From Camelus dromedarius (Eukaryota): DNA of 64,000 bases. Numbering within the stretch: position 1 is the first letter of the stretch; each line of letters opens with the position of its first letter. Made by a program: the position numbers and the translations under genes. Under the pieces are notes generated by a model. The model searched no databases. It was not told the DNA's origin and worked only from the letters and a program-made list of their open reading frames with translations. Below, one piece after another: positions 41,108-51,874 of this stretch. The stretch spans positions 73,534,001 to 73,598,000 of the forward strand of contig NC_087436.1 of NCBI RefSeq assembly GCF_036321535.1, in the 5' to 3' direction.

Positions 41108-41196
41108 ACCATTAATACTGTATCAGAAGTTATTCGAGGCTGCCAAGTAAACCAAGACTACTTTGCATCTGTAAATGCACCTTCAAACCCACCGAG
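41108..41196 (+). CDS. USO1: USO1 exon 11 (TINTVSEVIRGCQVNQDYFASVNAPSNPP)
   Basis: ttacag|ACC...CCG AG|gtagga; 89 nt. Confidence 0.97.
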
Positions 41197-41591
41197 GTAG
41201 GAAAAGGGAAATACTGAGACACCACAGAGGAAGTACAAACTTATTTGGGGTTTTTAGTATATCTCATATACACATCTTATTCTTTTAAGGAGTTCAGTCG
41301 TGTGTTTTGAAAGTAGAAAATATCTGACAAGATAAATATGTTGGTATTTTAAGAATTTGCAGTCTTTTGGAACTGACGTATTTGGGCTGAGGTATCACTT
41401 GCTAGCTGTGTGCCTTACGCAAACAAATCACTTCATTTCTCGCAGCTGCAGTTTTCTTTTCTGTGACATGGAAATGAAAATAGTTTACTTGCTGTTGTTA
41501 TGGCCATGACCAAAAGTCAACAAAAATGACTAATTCTTGATTTGTATACCTGGATTGCAGTGTTTCTCTTTGTTCTTTTTACATGCAACAG

Positions 41592-41746
41592 ACCAGCCAT
41601 TGTAGTGCTTCTCATGTCCATGGTTAATGAAAGGCAGCCATTCGTATTGCGCTGTGCTGTTCTCTATTGTTTCCAGTGTTTCTTATATAAAAACCAGAAA
41701 GGACAAGGGGAAATTGTGGCAACGCTTCTACCTTCCACCATTGATG
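41592..41746 (+). CDS. USO1: USO1 exon 12 (RPAIVVLLMSMVNERQPFVLRCAVLYCFQCFLYKN...STID)
   Basis: aacag|A CCA...GAT G|gtaaat; 155 nt. Confidence 0.97.
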
Positions 41747-42178
41747 GTAAATAATTTAATTCTAATTTCTGTTTTAAAAAGTAAGTAATCGTCTTTTAAG
41801 CTTTTAATAGCACAGTATACCATAAATGTGTAGTAGATTAACTTAAATATAGAATATTAGAATGTAGTAGAATATTTTAAATATGGTGTTTCCTTGAATT
41901 TGCTTTAGAAATGTTTTTAGTTAAGGTAATAATTTTCTGGACTATTACCACCATCAATTCGATTCTTTAAGTGTCCTTATATTTTTTTGTTGTGCTACTT
42001 TTTTTCCAAGGTACTTTTTTGTCATCTTTCAGTTTGTTTTGAAAAACAGACTTTTGAAAGTGTTATTTAATACTACGAATTAACACATTTTTAAAGAGTA
42101 TTTCATACAATTTTTGTGTGAGTAGGAAACAACAGAATTAATTTTTACATTATTATCATTTGTCTGCCATCTTTGTAG

Positions 42179-42390
42179 CAACAGGTAATTCAGTCTCAGC
42201 TGGTCAGTTGTTATGCGGAGGTTTATTTTCTACTGATTCACTTTCAAACTGGTGTGCTGCTGTGGCCCTTGCCCACGCTTTGCAAGAAAATGCTACCCAG
42301 AAAGAACAGTTGCTCAGGGTTCAACTTGCCACAAGTATCGGCAACCCTCCAGTTTCTTTATTGCAACAGTGCACCAACATCCTTTCACAG
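42179..42390 (+). CDS. USO1: USO1 exon 13 (ATGNSVSAGQLLCGGLFSTDSLSNWCAAVALAHAL...NILSQ)
   Basis: ttgtag|CA ACA...CAG|gtaaag; 212 nt. Confidence 0.97.
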
Positions 42391-43777
42391 GTAAAGTAGC
42401 CTTTTTGATGTCAATGATACAAAAATTTAAGGATGTCTGTTGTAGATGCAGGTGAAAAAAGAGGCAAGGACTGCTCATTAGCTCACTGTCACCAGAAACA
42501 GTTTTGGGGAGAGAAAGCAATAAATACCCTTATAAGAATGGTTTTGCGAAATAGTGAGTAAGGTCCATCTGCATCATGAAGAAAACACATGTTCTGGGCA
42601 GAAAGGTGGTTTTTTTGGATTTGGTTTCTTTTTATATCACCCACACTTGTTTTGCATGTCGTTTTCTCCCTCTGCTCAGTAGCTGAATTCAGGTCAGTTT
42701 ATGAGAGGGAATAGAATAGACTGGTTCATAGCTGTGTACCTCCTCTTTCTCTTCCCAGAGCAATTGATCTTCCTTTCAGAAAACAAAAACAGAATGCCAG
42801 TCCATTGCTTGTATAGTTACACAGTATGCTCTTGATGTTTGTTAGCTCTCAGATCCTCCAAACCCCAGGGCATATAATTTACCTAGTAAGATGTAGATAA
42901 ACATAAGTAAAAATGTTTGCATTCCTTTAGAATCCTAATGAAAACAGTGAAACTTCATTGAAATGTGGATGCAAAGGCATTTAGGAATATCCCTTACTGT
43001 CATTAGATGATTTGCCCTCATTTGCCAGCCTTGCTGTTAAACAGTCTAAGTTCATACTTTAGCAAAACTATGAAGTCATCAACATTCAGTCATTTTCAGA
43101 CTTACCTAAGTCTAAAATTGCTCTATCCACTGATACTATCCTGTCCCTTCCCTGTAATAATATGTGGAGTCCTTCTTAATTTTTATTTTGCCACACTCAT
43201 TGAACCATTTTATTGTGAACTTTTAAAGAAACATCCGTGCCGTCCATAGGAAGTTATAAATGAAGGCTTAAAAGTTAACTGTAGTGAGAAGGGAGTTGAA
43301 CACTTCCTTTGTTGCTTAGGGTTAATTTACTTTGATTAAAAGCCTATTTTACATTTATCATTTGTCTCTGAGTGATTTTTTAAAACTACCCCAAAATATT
43401 CGTATCCTTTCTTATTTAATACTTGTCTTTCTCATGTTGCTGTGTGTTGAAAACAACTTTTCTTAAGCCAAACAGTAATTAAGTGTCCGACCACCATCAC
43501 CACACACTTTGCTGTAACATTGCAATTACAATTGATGCATAATGAGAAGTCCTCAAAATAGTGATATATTCCCACTCTAAGTAATCACAGTGCTATAAAA
43601 TTATCCTTTCTCCTCTAAAATGTATGTACATTGTTGTATAGCAAAAGACTAGAACTATCCTGTCTCAAAATTATTGGCTTGGGTTTCTAGAGAGATTGTA
43701 TTTGAGGGATTTTTCTGGACTTAAATTTTTTCTAAAGCAGTAACATTTATGAATAATTTTTAATGTATAATTTGCAG

Positions 43778-43798
43778 GGTGATAAGATCGACCGACGG
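43778..43798 (+). CDS. USO1: USO1 alternative 21-nt microexon (adds GDKIDRR)
   Basis: tttgcag|GGT GAT AAG ATC GAC CGA CGG|gtatgt; phase 0-0; 3 CpGs retained in a CpG-depleted intron. Confidence 0.9.
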
Positions 43799-46700
43799 GT
43801 ATGTATCACTTGTTTGAGCTTAGGCATTTTCCTCCTACAGCAAGGCTTTTTCTTTGTCTTGGGTTTTGCTGATTGGTTTTTTTTAACTGCTTGTTGAAGT
43901 TGTATTCTACTCACACTCCTACGTGTCAGCAGGTTAATACCTATCGTAAGTGACTCTCCAGTTTTTCTCTGCGGGGTTTCCTAGTGGTGTGACTAAGGAC
44001 TGTGGGAGTGAGAATCTGAAGCTGTACTTGTGCTGCTTCTGGGGGTGCTCGCACTTTCTGAAATTCTGTGGTTTTGGTTCTTTGATCTTTTTGTGTGTGT
44101 GTTTGTTTTTTCACCCAAGCTTGCTTATTTGTTTCCAGTGAAACCATTTCAAAGGTACTAAAATTTAGGATTAAGAATTTTGTCTTTAGTTAATCACTAT
44201 ATGCAAGAATGTGATGTCTTTTATATTAGATTATTGAAAATGTATAATTGTAATTATAATTTTCTAATTTGAAAGAGTTTAAATTAAATATTCTGGGTTA
44301 TTCTGGATATAACCCATATGCTACACTACCACTGGGGATTAGTTTTTCATGCATGTGGGGATAGAGTGTGATTTGTGTTTGGTTTTGATTTGTTTTGTGG
44401 AGTATTTGGCAAAAACAGCATGTACCTTAATATCCATATTTGGGCCTGTGTCAGTCATGCAATGTGGGAAGTATGACTGAGGTCCCATTAGGGATTGTAT
44501 CTGTGTATGATCATGATTTAATACATGTTAATTACTCATACACAGACGTATTTGGCAGCTTTAGCCTGTAGAATTTTGATATTAGGTATTATAGAAGTAT
44601 ACATGTCAGGCATTTAAAAGGGAAATTTGGGTGGGTATAATTTATGTTTAGTAATAAGCACAGAACTTGAGTGTTCAATCTGATGATTTTTGGTGATTGA
44701 ATATACCTCTGTAACCACCACCCAAAACAAGATAGAGAACATGGTATTCATAATCCCAAAATGTTCCACTATGCTCCTTTCCTTTTAATTCTCTGTCCCC
44801 AGCGACCACCACTAGAAAATTAATCTGATCATAATACTCTAGAACCTCATTTTACAACTTAAACACCAGAAGTTTAAAATGTTAGCTTTTCATATTTTTT
44901 AAATGAGCAATGTAAAAATACTAAACTTGAAATCCACAAAGTAGGAATAAGAGAGATTTTTATTTAGAAAATATAATAGGGCAACATAATAACTTACATT
45001 AAAGATAAGATGATTCAGTTTCAGTTATTTGGTTTGTGGTTCCTTCCATCCTACAAAGTCTGTGGTTTCTAGTAATTAAACCCCCAGAATGCTCTGAAAT
45101 TAAATTTCGGTGTTCATTTGTTTTTCCAAATCTCGTCAGTGGTTCACAAGCTCTAGAGGGTTAGGAGGAGATAGGTGCTCTTTCTTAACTTAAACCTGTA
45201 AAAAAAAAATACAAAGAAATATATAAATAGTTTTAGTCAGAAAGTAAAGTGTGGCTTTCTTTTAGCTGTTCTAGGTGTTTATCTTGTAAGGAATTCATCA
45301 GAAAATCAGACAGCATTGAAATAAAATATTTTGATAGTTTTTATTGCCCAATTTCTGATTTTATTTTTTGGAGGGATAGAACAGCTTGATCAGGATTTTG
45401 TTTGGATTTATTTTATTCTCAACATTTTATGATAGTACACTGGACAAATACTACAATATTTTTGCACTCTTTAATAGTTTATTTTTCTTTTCATTTTGGA
45501 AAATTTCAAAAAATAGAAAGTAGAAAGAGAATATTGTCCCTCATTCTACTACCCAAAGATAACTACTGATAAAATTTCAGTCTTTTTTTTTCTTATGTAC
45601 TGTTTATTTACATAGCAATGATCACACATTAGGTACCATTTTGTATTGTGCATTTTTTCTTTAAAGTATTTTCCTTGTTTTTAAACACTAAATCAATTTC
45701 ACTTTATAAGGTTGCATAATATTTCACCAAATAAATATACCATAAATCGATTAACCATCTTCCTATTTTTGGACATTTAATTATTTCCCATTTTTTCTAA
45801 ATTATAAATCATGGCTTTATAAACATTAGAATAATAATGCTTAAAAGAGCATTATTACAGAGTCTCCACTTTGTGTGTTTCCAGTATGTATGGATTTCTG
45901 TGAACACAACAAAACAAGGGCAGCCTGCATTTCACTGAGGTTTAAAAAAAATATTACCATTGCAATTATATATATATATATATATTTTCTTTTTCCAGTT
46001 CAAACTTCTGCCATCTATTTTAAATTTAGGGCATTAGTTCTGCCTTTAATATGCTAGTAGGTAGAGAGTCACAGAACCATGCAGAGCTAGAAAGGATGAT
46101 GATAGTTTATAACCTTTGTAGAGCACTCACTATGTATCATGCTCTGTTCTTTAAGTTCTTTGCATGTCTTAACCCATTGAATCCTTGAGATAGGTGCTAA
46201 CTATTGTCCCTAGTTAAGGTTGAGGAAGAAGTTACCTGAGGTTTCATGGCTATTGAGTTTTAGAACCATATATAAACCTGGTGTCCTGGCTTCAGAGCCT
46301 GTCCTCTTAACCTCTTTGAAGTCATTTAATCCAACAACCTCTGTTTCCTAGAAATTGGGACCCACATAGCATATTGAACTTGTACAAGGTTAAGACAGAA
46401 GATTCCCAAGCAAATGTCATTTTCACTGACACCATACTGCCACTCTTAGAATTAAAACTTCAGTCTTTTAAATTTGAAATGAGTAGTATGTGGTTTAGAA
46501 ATCAAAATGATAGAAGTCTTGGCCCTGCCCTGCCCTAGTCCCCCAATTATTTGTTTCTTCTACATCTTGAAGTATTTTTTTATGTATATTCTCTGTTCTG
46601 CACTTTGGTTGGTTTTTGTTTTTGTTTTTCACTTAATACCATTTTGCACTTAAAGTTGCAAAGGGAAATGCAAAAGGATTACAGTCCACTGGGTTTCTGT

Positions 46701-49222
46701 TTCCCCACAGCCTCAACAGCAGCCTGTTGTCAGACTTGTATTTTTGCCAATCTGTTGATAGATGAAAAGTGTTATCTCAGTGAGTTTTAATTTACATTTT
46801 TCTTCCTGAAAGGCTAAATGACTTTCTATATGTTCTTACATCATTGGAAATTTTTCCCTGAGCTCTCCTTTCTTATATGATATCTTCTGCCCATTTTTCT
46901 GTTGGGTTGTTAATCATTTCTTGTTTATAGAAATTCATATTGAGGAACTTAACCCTTGTCTTTGATAACTCAAAAATTTATTTTTCCTAATTTGATCTTG
47001 GTGTTTTGTTTTGGGTTTTTCTTTTTCTTTTTTTTCTTGTTTTTGTTTTTGTTTTTGTATTAGACTTTACTTTTATTGCTTCTACAATTTTAAGTCATAC
47101 TTAGGCCTTCCCTAGTTCAGGATTTTAAGGAATTTGCCAATATTTTCATCTCATACTTCTGGTTTCATTTTTTTGCATTTAAATTTTTGTTCCATTTTTC
47201 CTCTAAGTTGTGTGACGTCCTCTGATCTTTTAAACTATCTAGTTGTCTGAACATTTTTAAAGTCTATCTCTAACCCACTAATGGTTATATGCTATCTTTT
47301 TCATATACTAAATTTCCATTTGTATCTGGATCATTTCTGGACTTTCCGTTCTATCCCTTGATTTCTGTCTATTCATGAGATGGTATCACTTCATTGCTCT
47401 CTTACTTTTTTTTTTTTTTTTTTTTTACAGTTTCCCTAGCTGTTCTTGCTTGTTTATTTTTCCATATGAACTTGAGAACCAGGTGGTTTAGTTCCAGGAA
47501 AAAAAAACCTATTGGTATTTTTATGTGAATCACATTAATTTTACAAATTAGTGTGGAATTAATATCTTCATGATCTTGAGTTTTTCTAGGAACATGTGTC
47601 TTTCTGTTGATTTGTGTGAACTTTTGTGCTCTTTAGAAGTGTTTTTAAATTTTCCTTGTACCATTTTGATTAAACTTGTTCCTGAGTACTGTATCTTTTT
47701 TTTATTGCTATAGTAAACAGGATATTCCATTCTATCACCTAACTGGTTCTAACTAGTTTTGTTTGACTTTGCCCTTCTTAACCTTCAGTTTGACCCCAAA
47801 GGACATACTTTTCAAAACTGAATCTAATTCCATTTTTGTTTACTCAGACATCAACCAGTGATTTGATAGGATGTCCTTGTATATACAATGTTGGTATATT
47901 TGGTACTTGCCAATGATATTCCAATAGTCAACTTTTTATATATAACCAGGAGAAATCAACAAAACATTTACATTTATAAATTGAGTAATTAATTGTAAGT
48001 TCTTTATGTCATGCAGTCAGTTGAGAATAACTAGATTTTTTTAATTTTTCAATTTATTTGGGTAACATGAAGATATGTTATAGACATATGTAATGACATA
48101 AAGACAAAGAAGTAAAAATAATGCCTCGTGTAAAAACTAAATCCATGCTAATTAATGCTTGCTTGGTAAATCATTTGAAGAGGCCTAATTTGAATTTGTT
48201 TAGTTAAATATTAAATGTACTTGAAAAAAGATTATAGAAAGGGCAAGATTGACATCAAGCAAGGTTCATGAAATTAGAACAATCTGGCTGTGTCACAAGT
48301 ATTTCAGAATACAATAATGGTTACCTTAAATCCATTCCTTGTCTAGATTTTTGAATAATTGTATTTTGTATATTTTATGAAATTACTCCTAAAGTGATGC
48401 ATTACTATGCTAATTCCTATTACTTTATTTCAAGCAAGTATTGTTTTTCTTAAACAAAAATATAGGTCATATAATATATGGACAGTGACAATATTGTGAG
48501 CTAAGAGAATATCTCACATAAGATATATAAATGTGTAGTATTAAAATTCAGGGACCTGTAATTTTGATGAATATGCTGGTTTTCGATATTGTTTAAGTAT
48601 ACTTGGCAGCAATATGTTTAGTGGTTTGAGGCACTTAGCTAATTTAAATCTTTTTCTCCTTCATTATGTTTATGATTTCTCATTATCTGGCATGTTACAG
48701 GTCAGTTTGTAACATGGTTTATTTTCTTGTTAGATAAATACATTCTCTAATGTAATTTGACTAAATAATTCAGGAGATTATTTCTGTGTATTTTTCTTGA
48801 TGTTTTTTGAAGGAGGTAGAATTTGTCCCTTTATCAGAAACTTGTTTTTAAAATTCTGATTGAAACATCATAAATTTGCTAGCAAATTTATGTTATTGTA
48901 AAGTGTTTTAGGATTGATAAATTTTTTTAAGCATCCACATCATACACTTCTTCCTTAGCAGATCAGGTTTTTCCACTAATAGTATTTTAGATAACCCAGT
49001 ATATGCTTATGAACATGGATCTAGTCTAATTTCTGCTATTTTGGCAAGTGCAGCCAGTAGAGGACACAAGAACACATTCTCTTGTTCAATTTTTAAAATC
49101 CAAATTCCTGACACACCTTTTATAGGGTATTAAACATCTTTTTATGCTGATGGGAAGGGATCTTAGGGCAACTTTAAATTTGAAAAAATAAAATGAGATT
49201 GCTGCCAACTTTTTTATTACAG

Positions 49223-49333
49223 GGAAGCAAAATACAGACAAGAGTTGGATTACTAATGTTACTTTGTACCTGGCTAAGCAACTGCCCCATTGCAGTAACG
49301 CATTTTCTTCACAATTCAGCCAATGTACCATTT
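49223..49333 (+). CDS. USO1: USO1 exon 14 (GSKIQTRVGLLMLLCTWLSNCPIAVTHFLHNSANVPF)
   Basis: ttacag|GGA...TTT|gtatccttt (U12-type donor); 111 nt. Confidence 0.97.
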
Positions 49334-49661
49334 GTATCCTTTATGTTTTAATAAGATACATGCAAGTATTTCTCTTTTGTCTTTACTATTTCTCCCTCTC
49401 AATTAGAGGTAGCTCCATGCCCCCAAATACTTGAATTCTCTTTATCTATGTTGCAACTTTTTAAACTGTTAAGGTGATAATGATGCTTACTTAAGCTCTA
49501 TTTGTGTTTGTGTGTGTGTGTGTATACCATTTTTTTGCTTTCTTAGATTATGTATAGACTTTCTATTAGAAACTCTTACATGAAATACATGTCAAATTCA
49601 AATTGTAAAACAAAGTACTATAGATACTATGAACCATTAGTTTTCTTAACAAAGATTTCAG
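49334..49661 (+). other. USO1: U12-dependent (minor spliceosome) GT-AG intron, 328 nt
   Basis: 5'ss GTATCCTTT; branch site TTTTCTTAAC at 49641-49650 ending 11 nt before the intron end; no polypyrimidine tract. Confidence 0.93.
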
Positions 49662-49780
49662 CTTACAGGGCAAATTGCAGAAAATCTTGGAGAAGAAGAA
49701 CAGTTGGTCCAAGGCTTATGTGCTCTTCTGTTGGGCATTTCAATTTACTTCAATGATAACTCACTTGAGAGCTATATGAA
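49662..49780 (+). CDS. USO1: USO1 exon 15 (LTGQIAENLGEEEQLVQGLCALLLGISIYFNDNSLESYM)
   Basis: tttcag|CTT...ATG AA|gtaagt; 119 nt. Confidence 0.97.
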
Positions 49781-49930
49781 GTAAGTAAGGGGAAAATGCC
49801 AGGGTAAAATGACTTGCTAATGTCATCAAGAGATAATGATAAATTTTTTCTGCCAAAGTATAATGTAGACCAAGCTTTTATGTTTTGTTATGACTTTTTT
49901 TAAAGCATCTCAATATGCTTATCTCTGTAG

Positions 49931-50112
49931 AGATAAACTAAAACAACTAATAGAGAAGAGGATTGGCAAAGAGAATTTCATAGAGAAACTAGGATTTATT
50001 AGCAAACATGAGTTGTATTCCAGAGCATCTCAGAAACCTCAGCCAAACTTCCCTAGTCCAGAATACATGATATTTGATCATGAGTTTACGAAGCTAGTAA
50101 AAGAACTTGAAG
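49931..50112 (+). CDS. USO1: USO1 exon 16 (KDKLKQLIEKRIGKENFIEKLG...FTKLVKELE)
   Basis: ctgtag|A GAT...GAA G|gtaaga; 182 nt. Confidence 0.97.
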
Positions 50113-50373
50113 GTAAGACATCAAAGTTTATCTTGATATTCATTAAAAAGTACCAATGATTATATTATATATGTATATTCTGGGCAAATGCAGACTATAC
50201 AGTAAGCCTAAAAGTGTTTTTTCCTAACTCTTGTTCTGTAGCCCATTTAAGGACTTCTGGCATTCAGTAAGATTGGAAAGATGATTTCTTATCTGTCATG
50301 CAGTTAGGCCATATGTTTTTACTGATTAAGTCTTAATAATAAAATAGTATCTTAAATGAGCCTTCTTTTACAG

Positions 50374-50495
50374 GTGTGATAACTAAGGCTATTTATAAGT
50401 CCAGTGAAGAAGATAAAAAAGAAGAAGAGGTGAAGAAAACATTAGAACAGTTTGACAGTATTGTGACTCACTACAAAAATATGATTCAAGAGCAA
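50374..50495 (+). CDS. USO1: USO1 exon 17 (GVITKAIYKSSEEDKKEEEVKKTLEQFDSIVTHYKNMIQEQ)
   Basis: ttacag|GT GTG...CAA|gtacgt; 122 nt. Confidence 0.96.
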
Positions 50496-51278
50496 GTACG
50501 TACTGATAAGTCATATTCAGTCTCTGTCATACTAAAAGTATAGATACTTTTCTACTTTAGGGAAGAATTTCTTCTGGTATTTCCAAATACAAGAGGATAC
50601 AGAGAGTAAGAACTCATCATTTTCCCAAATAATTCAAATGCTTCTGAGTTTTCAACAAACTGAGAGCTTAATATGTGCTAAGCATTGTGTGAGATGTTGT
50701 GGATAAGACATGTATCAGACATTCCCACATTACAGTCTCATGGGGTGAGAAGCCTATAGATTTTTGTGCCACACATATTATAACATCTTAAGTCTAGTGA
50801 TAATCACAGATATATGGCAGCACCGAGAGGCACCTAATTTAGCTAGGTGGAAGCAGGAGCCTGGAGAAGACAGGAGTCCTGAAAGGATAACTGTGAGTAA
50901 GCTAGGCAGAAGGAGAGCTAGGGAATGGAGGTGTTACTGGCTTGTTCAAAGGACACCTGTTAGCTGTATAAGGGAGAAATTTGAGAGGCAAGGCTAGAGG
51001 GAAGGAGCCCAAGAAAGAGGTGGTAGTGGTGTGCTAGGGGAAGAAATTGGGGAATTGGTTGATGATGATAATGACTATCGTTTTTTGTTTACTGTGTTAG
51101 GTGCTCACTAAGCATATTTAAACTCTATCTCATTTGATTTTCACAGCATTCCTGCAAAGTAGTTGATAAATAATGAGGAATAAATGAAGAATCTGAGACT
51201 TAGAGAATTTAAACTTGTCCAAGGTTTCTTAGTGATCAGTGGAACAGAATTCAAATGCATGTGTGTTACTGCTCATAC

Positions 51279-51874
51279 TGTTGCTGGAGAATAGATTCTT
51301 GCCTTAAGCAGGAAAGAATTCAAGAGCAAGGCATAGTAAAGTGAAAGCAAGTTTATTTAGAGAGATACACACTCCATAGACAGACTGAGGTTCATCTCAC
51401 TCAGAAAAGAAAGCAACTTAGGAGACACATACTCCATAGGCAGAATGTGGGCCATCTCAAAAGGCAAGAGGCAGAGAGACCCTGGGAGGTGTGGGGGGTT
51501 TTAGTTTAAAGTAAAAATAGACACACACTCCATAGACCATGTGGGCTGTCTCAGAAGGGAAGAGAGAGACCAACCATGAGGTGCAGAGCTGTTAATTTTT
51601 ATGGGCTCAGTAATTTCATATGCTAATGAGTAGGAGAATTATTCTAACTATTTAGGGGAAGGAGTGGGGATTTCCAGGAATTGGGCCCCCTACCCACTTT
51701 TTGACCATTTAAGATCAGCCTAGGAACTGTCAGGTACCTGTGGGTGTACCATAAGGCTCAAGGTCTACTGGAGGTCGACTCTTCCACCATCTTGCTTGTA
51801 ACTAGTTTGTCCTGTCCTCAATGGCTGTGTCATTCCTTCAGTGGTTGTGCCCTGCTCCCTTCCTTCCTGTCTCA
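51279..51874 (-). mobile_element. ERV1 solo LTR, MER41-like, 596 bp
   Basis: TG...CA termini, 4-bp TSD ATAC (51275-51278, 51875-51878), minus-strand AATAAA, MER41-like segments AAAGAATTCA, AGTAAAGTGAAAGCAAGTTTATT and ACTCCATAG. Confidence 0.8.
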
